DNA of 64,000 nucleotides from NCBI GenBank assembly GCA_963759225.1, contig CAVWYL010000001.1, positions 2,996-66,995 on the forward strand, in the 5' to 3' direction. Source of the DNA: an uncultured Acidimicrobiales bacterium. GTDB lineage: Bacteria; Actinomycetota; Acidimicrobiia; Acidimicrobiales; VFJN01. A model generated the notes under the pieces. The model was not told the DNA's origin, did not search any database, and was given only the letters and a program-made list of their open reading frames with translations. Below, one piece after another: positions 1 through 11,847 of the stretch (position 1 is its first letter; every line of letters begins with the position of its first letter). The position numbers and the translations under genes are program-made.

Positions 1-1283
1 GCCATCAGCCCGGTGCGGGCCGCGGCGCGGTCCTCGGAGCTCCGGATGAGGGCGATCACCGCGTCGATGACGTCGATGGCCTTGAGGAGGCCTTCGACCA
101 GGTGGGCCCGCGCCTTCTTCTTGTCCAGCCGGAACCGGCTGCGCCGCCGGATGACGTCGACCTGGTGGTCGATGAACGCCTGCAACATCTGGACGAGGTT
201 GAGGGTGCGCGGCACCCCGTCGACCAGCGCCACGGTGTTGACGGCGAAGTTCGTCTGCAGGGGCGTGTGCTTGTACAGGTTGTTCAGGATGACGAGGGCC
301 GGCGCGTCCTTCTTGAGCTCGATGACCAGCCGGGTCTCGCCGGCCGCCGACTCGTCGTTGACGTCCGCGATGCCCTCGATCTGGCGGGTCTCGACCAGCT
401 CCTTGATCTTGACCGCGGTGGCCGAGATCGAGGTCTGGTACGGCATCTCGGTGACGACGATGCGGTCGCGCTGGCGGCCCGTGCCCTCGACGATGTCGGT
501 GCGGGCCCGCACCCGGATCGACCCCCGGCCGGTGCGGTAGGCGTCGATGATGCCGGCGCGGCCCATGATCAACCCGCCCGTCGGGAAGTCGGGCCCCTTC
601 ACGAACCGCATGAGGTCGTCGGGCGTGGCCTCGGGGTTGTCGATGAGGTGCACGACGGCGTCGATGGCCTCGCCCAGGTTGTGCGGCGCGATGTTGGTGG
701 CCATGCCGACGGCGATGCCCTGGCTGCCGTTCACCAGCAGGTTCGGGAAGCGGGCCGGCAGGACGACGGGCTGCTGGAACTCGCCCGAGTAGTTGTCGAC
801 GAAGTCGACCGTCTCCTCGTCGATGTCCTGCAGCATGACCATCGCCAGCGGATCGAGCCGGCACTCGGTGTAGCGGCTGGCGGCGGGCCCGAAGTCGGGC
901 GAGCCGAAGTTGCCGTGGCCGGCCACGAGCGGGTGGCGCAGCGAGAAGTCCTGCGCCATGCGCACCAGGGCGTCGTAGATGGCCCCGTCGCCGTGGGGGT
1001 GATAGCGGCCCATGACGTCGCCGGTGACGCGGGCGCACTTCATCCAGCTGCGGTCGGGGCGCGCACCGATGTCGTGCATGCCCCACAGGATCCGGCGGTG
1101 CACCGGCTTGAGGCCGTCACGCACGTCGGGCAGCGCCCGGGCCGTGATGACGGTCATGGCGTAGTCCAGGAAGGAGCGTTCCATCTCCTCCTGGATCTCG
1201 ATGGGCTCGACCGCGAGGCGGCCGCGCTCGACGCCGTTGTCGCCGTCGTCCTGGGGGGTCACGTTGGTGTCGTCGTCAGGCAT
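1..1283 (-). CDS. gyrA: DNA gyrase subunit A, N-terminal 427 codons (3' end lies beyond the left window edge)
   Basis: My own minus-strand translation from ATG 1283 gives [11 protein letters not shown]...[36 protein letters not shown]...[27 protein letters not shown]...GNFGS. The frame is open to position 1, so it is absent from the ORF track (no stop in window). It starts 6 nt after the gyrB stop. Confidence 0.9.
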   Translation of the reverse strand, partial: MPDDDTNVTPQDDGDNGVERGRLAVEPIEIQEEMERSFLDYAMTVITARALPDVRDGLKPVHRRILWGMHDIGARPDRSWMKCARVTGDVMGRYHPHGDGAIYDALVRMAQDFSLRHPLVAGHGNFGSPDFGPAASRYTECRLDPLAMVMLQDIDEETVDFVDNYSGEFQQPVVLPARFPNLLVNGSQGIAVGMATNIAPHNLGEAIDAVVHLIDNPEATPDDLMRFVKGPDFPTGGLIMGRAGIIDAYRTGRGSIRVRARTDIVEGTGRQRDRIVVTEMPYQTSISATAVKIKELVETRQIEGIADVNDESAAGETRLVIELKKDAPALVILNNLYKHTPLQTNFAVNTVALVDGVPRTLNLVQMLQAFIDHQVDVIRRRSRFRLDKKKARAHLVEGLLKAIDVIDAVIALIRSSEDRAAARTGLM

Positions 1284-1289
1284 GTGTTC

Positions 1290-3246
<1,957 letters not shown>

Positions 3247-3370
3247 GAGGTCGAATTCCTACGAGCGGGCGACCGGCGCCGGATGGGCTTTTGCCTGGTC
3301 AGACCCGCTAATCACAACGACACGAGTCTACCAGCTGGGTGTGACGTTCCCGACCATGCTGACCCGGGGG

Positions 3371-3736
3371 TCACGCCCTCCCACCAGGTCGTCGAGGCGG
3401 CCGTGGACCGCGCCGCCGGCGCTCGACCCGGACCTCCACGCGGTTGATGTGACGGTCGCCCGCCAGCTCGGCCAGGCGGGCCACCAATTGTGGTTCGAGG
3501 AAGCGGATGTGGGTGGTCAGCGCCGGGTCGTCGCACACGACCGTGAGGGTCTGGCCGTCGATGCCGACCGGGCGGGTGCGGGCCGCCATGGCGTCGCCCA
3601 CCACCTCGCCCCAGCGGTCGAAAACGACCTCGACGCCCGCCCGCGAGGGTGACCCGAGGCGGCCGAGCACGCGGTCGATCGTGTCGCCCACCCGCACCGG
3701 CGGGGTGGGGCCGCCGGGGAGAGGCCGCCATGCCAT
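3371..3736 (-). CDS. dciA: DUF721/DciA-like protein (putative helicase-loading factor) between recF and gyrB
   Basis: ORF 3371..3736 (121 aa) has the typical DUF721 core VFDRWGEVVGDAMAARTRPVGIDGQTLTVVCDDPALTTHIRFLEPQLVARL. It occupies the position of Rv0004 in the recF-gyrB gap of actinobacteria. Confidence 0.7.
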   Translation of the reverse strand: MAWRPLPGGPTPPVRVGDTIDRVLGRLGSPSRAGVEVVFDRWGEVVGDAMAARTRPVGIDGQTLTVVCDDPALTTHIRFLEPQLVARLAELAGDRHINRVEVRVERRRRGPRPPRRPGGRA

Positions 3737-4139
3737 GACCCCAAGTCAACCAGACGGCGGGCGGCGGCGAACGACAGCCGGACGGCGACGGTCGCCTCGA
3801 CCGGACGACGGCCACGGCGCAGCGCGGCGACGGCCGTGCCCCAACCCACGAGCGGCCCGCGACCGCGACCCGCCGCGGCGACGCCATCGCGGCCCCGTGG
3901 CCAGCAGCCCGCACGACCCCGGGGCCTGGGCCCCAACCCACAGCGGCCCGCCGCGGTGACCCCGTGTCGCCCGCGTGGCCAGCAGCTCGATCCAGCCGGG
4001 CCCGGGTCTCAGCCGTGAGCGGCCCGCAGCCAGCAGTTCACTCGAGCCGGCCGCGGCCAACCGGGCAACGGTGACATCCACGGGCCACCCACCCGAGCCC
4101 GCCGAGCACCCCGGGGCCAGCCGGGCGACGGCCGTGGTC

Positions 4140-5260
4140 TCAGCCCGTGATCTGCCCGCCCGCCAGGTGCAGCACCCGGTCCGGTGCGGCGCCCGGCGGG
4201 AGCCCGCTCGCGGTCGTCAGCAGCGTCTGGGTCGCCGGCAGGTGGGCCAGCAGCGCGTTGGCCCGGTCGGGGTCCAGCTCGCTGAACACGTCGTCGAGCA
4301 GCAGGACCGGCGGCGAGCCCGACACGTCGGTCACCACGTGGTGCGCGGCCAGGCGCAGGGCCAGCGCCAGCGTCCGCTGCTCGCCCTGGCTGGCCTGGGT
4401 CCGGGCCGGCGCGCCGCCGATCGCCAGCGCCACCTCGTCCCGGTGCGGGTCCCGTGGTCGACACGCCCCGGCGCACGTCCTCCCCCCGGGACGCCGCCAG
4501 GGCCGCCGCCAGTGCGTCCGTGAGCGCCGCCTGGCGGTCCGGGCCACCGGCGACGCCCGCGGGCAGCCCACGCGGCCTCGTAGACCGCCGTGACGTCCGC
4601 CGGGCGGCGGGCGAGGGCGTCGTAGGTCGCCGACAGCACGGGCCGCATCCCGTCGAGCAGGTCCAGCCGGGCCGCGGCCAGGGCGCCCCCGGAGCCCGCC
4701 AGCTTGGCGTCCCACACGTCGAGCGTGAACGCCCCGCCCTCGTCGAGCCGCCCGCCCGCCCCCCGCAGCAGGGCGTTGCGCTGGCGCAGGACGCGGTCGA
4801 CCTCGATCCGCAGCGCGTCGTTGCGGGGGTGCAGTCCGACGAGCACCTGGTCGGTGAAGCGCCGGCGCTCGTCGGGCCCGCCCTTCACGATGGCCAGGTC
4901 GTCGGGCGTGAACACCGACACCCGCAACGAGCCGAGCAGGTCCCGGGCCCGGCGCAGCGGCTGGCGGTTCACCTGGACCCGGTTGCGGCCGTTCGGCTGC
5001 AGTTGGGCCTCCAGGAGCAGCTCGCGCCCGTCCCGCTCGGCCAGCGCCCGCACGACGGCGAACGGCGCCCCCCGGCGCACGAGGGACTCGGTCGGCGCCC
5101 CCCGGAACGACGACAGCGTGGCCAGCCAGGCCAGCGCCTCCAGCAGGTTGGTCTTGCCCTCGCCGTTGGCGCCGACCAGGGCGGTGAGCCCGGGCGCCAG
5201 GTCCATGCGGACCTCGGTGTAGCTGCGGAAGTCGGTCAGCCAGAGGGTGCGGACCTGCAC
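4140..5260 (-). CDS. recF: DNA replication/repair protein RecF, with two apparent 1-nt insertions (about 4561 and about 4446)
   Basis: The N-terminus in ORF 4331..5260 is MQVRTLWLTDFRSY...LVGANGEGKTNLLEAL (Walker A). The middle segment AGVAGGPDRQAALTDALAAALAASRGEDVRRGVSTTGP is in a second frame. The C-terminus HRDEVALAIGG...SQGEQRTLALALRLA...LLLDDVFSELD is in ORF 4140..4715. All three frames are needed. Confidence 0.9.
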
Positions 5261-5267
5261 GCCGGTG

Positions 5268-6368
5268 TCAGCTCACGCGCACGGGCATGAGCAGGTACAG
5301 GAACTCGGGATGCTCCGGGCTGCGCACGAGCGCGGGCTTGAGGGAGTCGACGGTCTCGATCAGCACCTCGTCGCCCGGGAGCACCTCGATGCCCTGCAGC
5401 AGGTAGTCCGGGTTGAACGCCACGGTGAGCTCGGTGCCCTCGTACTTCGCGTCGATGGACTCGTGGGCCTGGCCGACGTCCTGGGTCACGGCCACGAGGT
5501 CGAGACCGTCGCTCGTCATCGCCAGGCGCACCGGCGTCGCCTCCCGGGCCAGCAGCTTGACCCGGCGCACGCCCTCGAGCAGCGCCTCGCGGCTCACGGT
5601 CATGCGGTTGGGGTGCGCCGAGGGGATCAGCCCGCGGTAGTTCGGGAAGTCGCCCTCGATGAGCATCGTCGTCAGGCGCACGTCGCCGGCCTCGAAGCTG
5701 GCGTCGCGCTCGCCCAGCCGCAGGGTCAGCTCCCCCACCCCGGCGAGCACCTTCGTGAGGTCGTTGAGGGCCCGCGACGGCACCAGCACCGACTGGCCCT
5801 CGGGCAGCAGGTTCTGGCCCGGCAGGTCCCGGACCGCGAGGCGGTACGAGTCCGTGGCCACGAGACGCACACCGCCCTCCTCTGCGCTGACCAGCACGCC
5901 GGTGAGGATCGGGCGGGCGTCGTCGCCCGAGGCGGCGGGAACCACCTGCTTGAGGGCCTCACCGAGCTGGCCGGCGTCGATGGTGACACCCTCGCCCGCG
6001 GGCGCGGCCAGCCGGGGGAACTCGTCGACCGGGAACACGCGCAGCGTGAACTCGGAGCGCCCGGCGGTGATCCGGGCCTGGTCGCCGTCCACCTCGACCT
6101 CGACGGCGCCGGCGGGCAAGGCCCGCACGACGTCCGACACCAGGCGCGCCGGCAGCACGGCGCTGCCGTCCTCGCGGCCGTTGACGCCCTCGCGGATGTC
6201 GACCGAGATGGTCAGCTCGAGGTCGTGCCCGGTCAGGGTGAGGGTGCCGCCCGCCAACTCGGCCTTGATGCCCGCCAGGACCGGCAGCGCGCCGCCGCGG
6301 CTGGCCGTCGCCCGTCCGGCTGTGCCGAGGGCTTCGACGAGGACGTCACGCTCGCATCGGAACTTCAC
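5268..6368 (-). CDS. dnaN: DNA polymerase III beta sliding clamp
   Basis: ORF 5268..6551. Recognisable sequence starts at GTG 6368 (VKFRCERDVLVEALG...), typical of actinobacterial DnaN. An alternative GTG lies at 6380. The upstream part of the ORF is low-complexity read-through into the ori spacer. Confidence 0.9.
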   Translation of the reverse strand: MKFRCERDVLVEALGTAGRATASRGGALPVLAGIKAELAGGTLTLTGHDLELTISVDIREGVNGREDGSAVLPARLVSDVVRALPAGAVEVEVDGDQARITAGRSEFTLRVFPVDEFPRLAAPAGEGVTIDAGQLGEALKQVVPAASGDDARPILTGVLVSAEEGGVRLVATDSYRLAVRDLPGQNLLPEGQSVLVPSRALNDLTKVLAGVGELTLRLGERDASFEAGDVRLTTMLIEGDFPNYRGLIPSAHPNRMTVSREALLEGVRRVKLLAREATPVRLAMTSDGLDLVAVTQDVGQAHESIDAKYEGTELTVAFNPDYLLQGIEVLPGDEVLIETVDSLKPALVRSPEHPEFLYLLMPVRVS

Positions 6369-6380
6369 GCCGTCGCTCAC

Positions 6381-6613
6381 TTTCTCTGCTGTCTCGTAGA
6401 TAGATAAACAACCAGCGGTAGTAGTAGGGGCTGTGGATTGTGGACGACCGAGTCGTCCCCGCAGGTCAGCGGCCCGATCGCCGTCCCCGTGCTGTCCCCA
6501 GGCTCCCACAGCCGGAGGGGTGCGCGCGTGATGCGGATGGGGACGAACCACACCCGGTCCACCGGCCGGAGCCGTGGTTCCACAGGCTGTCCCCCGGGTT
6601 GTCCACGGGCCGG
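6381..6613. other. dnaA-dnaN spacer with oriC-like features: an AT-rich stretch plus DnaA-box-like 9-mers
   Basis: 6381-6430 (tttctctgctgtctcgtagatagataaacaaccagcggtagtagtag) is the most AT-rich run nearby. Boxes: TGTGGATTG 6432-6440, TGTGGACGA 6439-6447, TTGTCCACG 6599-6607, and a weaker GGTTCCACA 6576-6584. In actinobacteria oriC is normally between dnaA and dnaN. Confidence 0.6.
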
Positions 6614-8032
6614 TCAGTCACCCTGGCGCACCGCCTTCATGAGCCGTGTGACCTGGTCGTAGATCTGGCGGTCCTTGGACATGAGCGCCCCGATCTTCTC
6701 GACCGCGTGGATCACGGTCGTGTGGTCCCGGCCGCCGAACTCGCGGGCGATGTTGGGGTAGGAGAGCTCGGTCAGCTCGCGCATGACGTACATGGCGATC
6801 TGGCGGGCGGTGACGAGCGGGCGCTGGCGGTGCTTGGACTTCAGGTCCTCGATCGTGAAGCCGAACTGGGCGGCCGCCTCGTCCATGATGAGCTGCGGGG
6901 TGATCGGCCGGGGCTGGTTCTCGCTGAGCAGGTCGGCCAGCACCTGGGTCGCCCGGTCGACCGTGATGGGTTCGTGGGTGAGGCTGGCGAAGGCCGACAC
7001 CCGGATGAGCGCCCCCTCCAGGACCCGGATGTTGTCCTTGATGTTGGTGGCGATGAACTCCAGCACGTCGGGCGGGATGCGGGCGGTCTCGAGCTCGGCC
7101 TTCTTGCGCAGGATGGCGAGGCGTGTCTCCAGCTCGGGCGGCTGGATGTCGGTGAGCAGGCCCTGCTGGAAGCGGCTGCGCAGCCGGTCCTCGAAGCCGA
7201 TCTGGTCGGGGGCCCGGTCGGACGACAGGACGATCTGGCGGTTGGTCTGGTGCAGGTGGTTGAAGGTGTGGAAGAACTCCTCCAGCGTCTCCTGCTTGCC
7301 CTGGAAGAACTGCACGTCGTCGACGAGGAGCACGTCGATGTCCCGGTAGCGGCGCTTGAACGCGTCCCGGGTGTCGGAGTGCATCGAGTCGATGAACTCG
7401 TTCAGGAACGTCTCGGAGGTGACGTAGCGCACCCGGTAGGCCGGGTAGTTGTCGTTCACGTAGCTGGCGATGGCCTGCAGCAGGTGGGTCTTGCCCAGGC
7501 CGGCGTCGCCGTAGATGAAGAGGGGGTTCCAGCGCCGGGCCGGCATCTCGGCCACGGACTGGGCCGCGGCGTGGGCGAAGCGGTTGGAGCCGCCGATCAC
7601 GAAGTTCTCGAACGTGTAGCGGGGGTTGAGCTCGACGTCGCCGACCGGGGCGGGGCCGTCGGGGTCGATGCGCCGGTCGCGGGCCGGGCGGTCGAAGGGG
7701 CCGCCGTTGTCGGACGGCGCCGGGCCGTTGGGGCGTGCCGCCGCCGTCGGGGTCGGGACGGTCCACAGGGAGGGCGGCTCGGGGGGCTCGATCCGCAGGA
7801 CGAGCTCGACGTCCGCGGCGCCCGCCTCGGCCAGCGCGTCGCGGACGAGGCCCAGGTAGCGGCCCTCGATGCGCTCCTTGGCGAGGGCGCTGGCCACGCC
7901 GAGCGTGAGGTTGTGGCCGTCGTAGCCCACGGCCCGCACGCCCTCGAAGGCGGTGTGCCACACGGGATCGGAGACCTGTGCCCGCAGGAGCGCTGCGCAC
8001 ATGGACCACAAACGGTGCGCATCGCTGATCAC
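6614..8032 (-). CDS. dnaA: Chromosomal replication initiator protein DnaA
   Basis: ORF 6614..8713. GTG 8032 (VISDAHRLWSMCAALLRAQV...) is preceded by AGGAGG about 9 nt upstream. The AAA+ core is LFIYGDAGLGKTHLLQAI and the C-terminal DNA-binding domain is intact. The sequence upstream of 8032 in the ORF is Arg/Pro junk. Confidence 0.92.
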   Translation of the reverse strand: MISDAHRLWSMCAALLRAQVSDPVWHTAFEGVRAVGYDGHNLTLGVASALAKERIEGRYLGLVRDALAEAGAADVELVLRIEPPEPPSLWTVPTPTAAARPNGPAPSDNGGPFDRPARDRRIDPDGPAPVGDVELNPRYTFENFVIGGSNRFAHAAAQSVAEMPARRWNPLFIYGDAGLGKTHLLQAIASYVNDNYPAYRVRYVTSETFLNEFIDSMHSDTRDAFKRRYRDIDVLLVDDVQFFQGKQETLEEFFHTFNHLHQTNRQIVLSSDRAPDQIGFEDRLRSRFQQGLLTDIQPPELETRLAILRKKAELETARIPPDVLEFIATNIKDNIRVLEGALIRVSAFASLTHEPITVDRATQVLADLLSENQPRPITPQLIMDEAAAQFGFTIEDLKSKHRQRPLVTARQIAMYVMRELTELSYPNIAREFGGRDHTTVIHAVEKIGALMSKDRQIYDQVTRLMKAVRQGD

Positions 8033-8060
8033 GTCAGACCATCCTCCTGGGTCGCGCAGG

Positions 8061-8286
8061 TCATCCACAACACCATCCACACATGTGGATGACCGCACAA
8101 GCTCTTGACGCCAGGTAGCCGGCGGGTGTCGGGGAGCCGCCGCCCCGCCGGTCGGCGCGTGCGCGTCCCCGGCTCTGGCACCCCGGCCCGAGGGTCGGAG
8201 TCGACGCAACGTAGCATCGGTGACCTGCGCCGACCAGGGGTCGTCCACAGGGTGGGGAACAGGCTGCTGGGGGCAGGTGTGGATGA
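8061..8286. promoter_or_regulatory. Cluster of five DnaA boxes in the dnaA-rpmH divergent spacer
   Basis: TCATCCACA 8061-8069, CCATCCACA 8073-8081, TGTGGATGA 8084-8092 (inverted), TCGTCCACA 8241-8249, TGTGGATGA 8278-8286 (inverted). All share the TCCACA core of the DnaA box. Confidence 0.65.
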
Positions 8287-8478
8287 CCGCCCGCCGCGAC
8301 CGGACCACACGCTGCGCGCGTGGCATCGGCAGCCTGGTTGGCAAAACGGGGGCGCAGGGCTCTAGCGTTGTCCCGGCACCGACGCGGGTGCGCTGCCGCC
8401 GCGCGTCGTCGAGTTGGTTCTTACCCCGCCGCTGGCCCCGCGACGAGCGAGGAGGCCGCGTGGCCGAGGAGGCACAAG

Positions 8479-8613
8479 GTGAAGCGCACGTATCAGCCGA
8501 ACAACCGCAGGCGAGCGAAGCGGCACGGCTTCCGCGCCCGCATGCGGACCCGGGCCGGCCAGTCGATCCTGCGAACCCGGCGCCGGAAGGGCCGCGAGCG
8601 CCTCTCGGCCTGA
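8479..8613 (+). CDS. rpmH: 50S ribosomal protein L34
   Basis: GTG 8479 is preceded by GAGGAGG. The product is [44 protein letters not shown] (within ORF 8320..8613). Confidence 0.95.
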   Translation: MKRTYQPNNRRRAKRHGFRARMRTRAGQSILRTRRRKGRERLSA

Positions 8614-8951
8614 TCGGGCGGGTCGGCGACCGTGCGACGTTCGACGCGCTGCGGCGTGACGGGCGCCGGGCGCGGCGCGGGCCGATGACGGTCGCATTCC
8701 TGCCCGGGGGCACCGACGTCCGTGTCGCCTACGCCATCGGCCGCAAGGTCGGTCCGGCCGTCGTCCGCAACCGCGTCCGCCGCCGGCTGCGCGAGGCGGT
8801 GCGCGAGCTCGACCGCACGACGCCCGGGGGGCTGGCGTGCGGTGCGTACCTGGTGAGCGTGCGTCCCGAGGCGGCGGCACGCACCTACCGCGACCTGCGC
8901 GACGACCTGGCGCGCGGCTGTGCGGCGGTGACGGGCGAGGTGCCGCGATGA
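8610..8951 (+). CDS. rnpA: Ribonuclease P protein component (start codon uncertain)
   Basis: This is the frame of ORF 8220..8951: [32 protein letters not shown]...[25 protein letters not shown]. There is no ATG/GTG near the expected start. CTG 8610 or ATC 8613 overlap the rpmH stop. The position after rpmH is canonical. Confidence 0.75.
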   Translation: MIGRVGDRATFDALRRDGRRARRGPMTVAFLPGGTDVRVAYAIGRKVGPAVVRNRVRRRLREAVRELDRTTPGGLACGAYLVSVRPEAAARTYRDLRDDLARGCAAVTGEVPR

Positions 8952-9178
8952 GCCCGGCGGCCCGGGCCTTGTCCGGCGGCGTCCGGTTGTACCAGAGGGT
9001 CACCGCGGGCCGGCCGTCGCCGTGCCGGTTCGTGCCGAGCTGTTCGTACTACGCCCTCGACGCTCTCGAAGCCCATGGTGCGGTGCGTGGCGGCGCCCTC
9101 ACCGTGCGGCGGCTGTTCCGATGCCACCCATGGGGTGGTCACGGGTGGGATCCCGTACCTCAAGGAAAGCACCACTGA
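8948..9178 (+). CDS. yidD: Membrane protein insertion efficiency factor YidD
   Basis: ATG 8948 overlaps the rnpA stop (ATGA). The motif [19 protein letters not shown] is present. It lies within ORF 8837..9178. Confidence 0.85.
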   Translation: MSPAARALSGGVRLYQRVTAGRPSPCRFVPSCSYYALDALEAHGAVRGGALTVRRLFRCHPWGGHGWDPVPQGKHH

Positions 9179-10226
9179 TGTTAGACGGTCTCTTCGAGCT
9201 CATCTCCAACACTCTCAACTTCTTCTACACGCTCATCCCCAACTACGCCGTCGCCATCGCGCTGCTGACGTGTCTGGTGATGCTGATCACGACGCCGCTG
9301 ACCCTCAAGGGCACGCGGTCGATGATCGAGATGCAGCGGCTCCAGCCCCAGATCCGTCGCATCCAGCTCGAGCACAAGGACGACGCGGCCAAGCGCAACG
9401 AGGCGCTGATGGCCTTCTACAAGGAGCACGAGATCAACCCGGTGGGCGGCTGCCTCCCGCTGCTGATCCAGGCGCCGGTGTTCTCCATTCTCTTCTACGT
9501 CGTGCAGGGCCTCACCAGAGAGGCGAAGTTCGTCGGCGTCCAGAAGATCCTGCAGTCCGACTACTTCCCTCAGGGCGTCGTGACCGAGGGCTTCCGGCCG
9601 AAGTACCTCGATTCCTCCACCGAGCTGTACCAGTCGCTCCTCGGCCAGACCGAGATGAACGCGATCGGCAGCAACCACTTCGACCTGTCGATCTCCGCGG
9701 TCGAAGCGCTCAGCCTGGGGTTCCTGACGGCGCTGCCGTACATCCTGCTCGTGGCGGTGATCGCGTTCCTCAGCTGGTACCAGCAGAAGCAGATCATGGG
9801 GCGGAACCCCAACGCCGAGGTCAACCCGCAGCAGCAGATGATGATGCGGATCGGCCCGCTGATGTACGTGTTCTTCGCATTCATCAGCCCTGCGGCCATC
9901 GGCATCTACTTCCTGGTCTCGACGCTCTGGCGGGTCGGCCAGCAGGCGTTCATCACCCGCTCGCTCTACGGCAGCGAGGAGTCGATCGGCGTCCAGGCGC
10001 AGAAGGCGATGCAAGAGGTCCGCGAGGCCAAGAAGAACGGCACCGGCAAGCCGTCCGGCAAGCCGACCGACAAGCCCGCGGTAAGACCCCGGTCGACGGG
10101 GCGAGCGGCAACGGGAAGACGTCGACCTCGAAGGCGACGCCGGTCGACAAGCAGACCGCAACCAGCGGGACGTCCTCCGCGGCCAAGCCGCACCCCCGGT
10201 CCCGCAAGAAGAAGAAGAGGAAGTAG
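9178..10226 (+). CDS. yidC: Membrane protein insertase YidC, with an apparent 1-nt deletion near 10080
   Basis: ATG 9178 overlaps the yidD stop (TGATG). The product is [11 protein letters not shown]...INPVGGCLPLLIQAPVFSILF...MRIGPLMYVFFAFISPAAIGIYFLVSTLW. After ...GKPTDKPA the sensible basic tail (GKTPVDGASGNGKTS...RSRKKKKRK*) continues in the frame of ORF 9075..10226. Confidence 0.88.
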
Positions 10227-10230
10227 CGCA

Positions 10231-11201
10231 GTGGAATGGGTCGTGACGACCGGCCGGAGCGTCGAGGAGGCCACGGAGGCCGCCCTCGACCAGCTCGGGG
10301 TCGATGAGCAGGACGCCGAGGTGGAGGTTGTCCAGGAGCCGCAGAAGGGCCTGTTCGGGCGGCTGCGGGCGGAGGCGCAGGTGCGGGCGCGGGTGCGCCC
10401 GACCGCACCGCGGCCGAAGGTCGATCGGCGCGAGCGCCGGCGGGGTGACCGCCGCCGCGACGGCGACCGCAGCCGGCCCAAGAAGTCGGGCTCCCGCGAG
10501 CGGGTCGGCGCCAGCGCCGGCAGCACGGGTCCCCGCACCGACGATCGCGACACCGCCGAGCCGTGCGGACGACGCTGCGGGCCCCGGCGCCCGGCAGGGC
10601 TCGTCCCGCAGCGGGCAGGGCGGCTCGTCGAGCAGCAACAGGAGGCGTCGGCGTAGCCGGGCGCCCCTTACGGCAGAGGGAGCAACCGTGAGCGAGAGCA
10701 CACAGTCGGCCGAGTCGCCCGAGATGGCGGAGCTCGACCTCGAGGGCCAGCGGGCCGCCGTCGAGGGCTTCCTCAAGGACCTGATGGTGGCGTTCGGCCG
10801 CAGCGATGCGACCGTGTCGGTGACGGTCGGCGAGGACGAGGCCCTGGAAGCGGCGGTGGAGGGCTCGGAGCTGGGCCTGCTGGTGGGCCAGAAGGGCGTG
10901 ACCCTGCAGGCGGTCCAGGAGCTGGTGCGCAGCATGGTGCAGCGCCAGTTCGTGGGCCAGTCGCACGCCCGTGTGCGGGTCGACGTGGCCGGCTACCGGG
11001 CCCGTCGCAAGGAGGCGCTGGAGCGCTTCGCCCTCGGCGTGGCCGAGACGTGTCAAGGAGTCGGGCGTGGCCAAGGCGCTGGACCCGATGTCCTCGGCCG
11101 ACCGGAAGGTCGTCCACGACGCCGTCAACGAGATCGACGGTGTCGAGACCGTGTCGGAGGGCGAGGACGCAGCTCGGCGGGTGGTGATCCGCCCGGCGTG
11201 A
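10231..11201 (+). CDS. jag: Jag/KhpB-like RNA-binding protein (Jag_N + KH + R3H); frameshifted near 11048, with a second frame change in the linker (about 10560) or a split into two ORFs
   Basis: GTG 10231 gives VEWVVTTGRSVEEATEAALDQLGVDEQDAEVEVVQEPQKGLFG (Jag_N). The KH part LLVGQKGVTLQAVQELV is in the frame of ORF 10304..11215. The R3H part VKESGVAKALDPMSSADRKVVHDAVNEIDGVETVSEGE is in ORF 10971..11201. Confidence 0.8.
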
Positions 11202-11222
11202 GCCGGGTGCCATGATCCGGAG

Positions 11223-11841
11223 ATGACGACCGACGACGGCCTGCAGGCCGTCCTGGAGCGGAGCCGGAGCCTGGGATTCCTCGGGCCCGGCTCCCTTCGC
11301 GTCCAGGCGGACCACGCGGCCGGCTTCACGGTGGCGGTCGAGTCCGCACCCGACCGGCTGCTGGACCTGGGGAGCGGCGGCGGCGTGCCCGGCCTGGTCC
11401 TGGCCTCGGTCTGGCCGACGAGTGCGGTCACGCTCCTCGACGCCGGCGCACGGCGCTGCGAGTTCCTGCGAGGAGGCGGTCGAGGAGCTGGGCTGGAACG
11501 ATCGGGTCCAGGTGGTCCGTGCCCGGGCCGAGGAGGCGGGTCGCCGCGACGACCTGCGGGGTACGTTCGACCTGGTGGTGGCCCGTAGCTTCGGTTCCCC
11601 GGCGGTGACGGCCGAGTGCGGGTCACCGTTCCTGCGGGTCGGTGGCCGCCTGGTCGTGAGCGAGCCGCCGGCGGTGGATGACCGTGGGAGATGGCCGGAC
11701 GGAGGCGTGAACGACCTGGGGCTGGCCGAGGCGGGCGAGTGGTTCGAGCCGTACCACTACCAGGCGTTCGTCCAGGAGCGGCCGTGCCCCGACCGCTACC
11801 CGAGACGGGTGGGGATCCCCGCCAAACGCCCACTGTTCTGA
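11223..11841 (+). CDS. rsmG: 16S rRNA (guanine527-N7)-methyltransferase RsmG, with an apparent 1-nt insertion near 11469
   Basis: ORF 11223..11588 gives MTTDDGLQAVLERSRSLGFLGPG...LLDLGSGGGVPGLVLA...LLDAGARRCEFL. The sequence then continues in ORF 11422..11841 with EEAVEELGWNDRVQVVRARAEE...FDLVVARSFG... Confidence 0.88.
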
Positions 11842-11847
11842 GGGAGC

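Noticed and set aside
3746-4081. ORFs in the recF-dciA spacer (for example 3746..4081 minus, 3836..4018 plus) as possible genes.
   Set aside because: Their products are Arg/Pro/Gly-rich with no hydrophobic core or motifs. The repeats fall in different frames in the two copies, which argues against coding.
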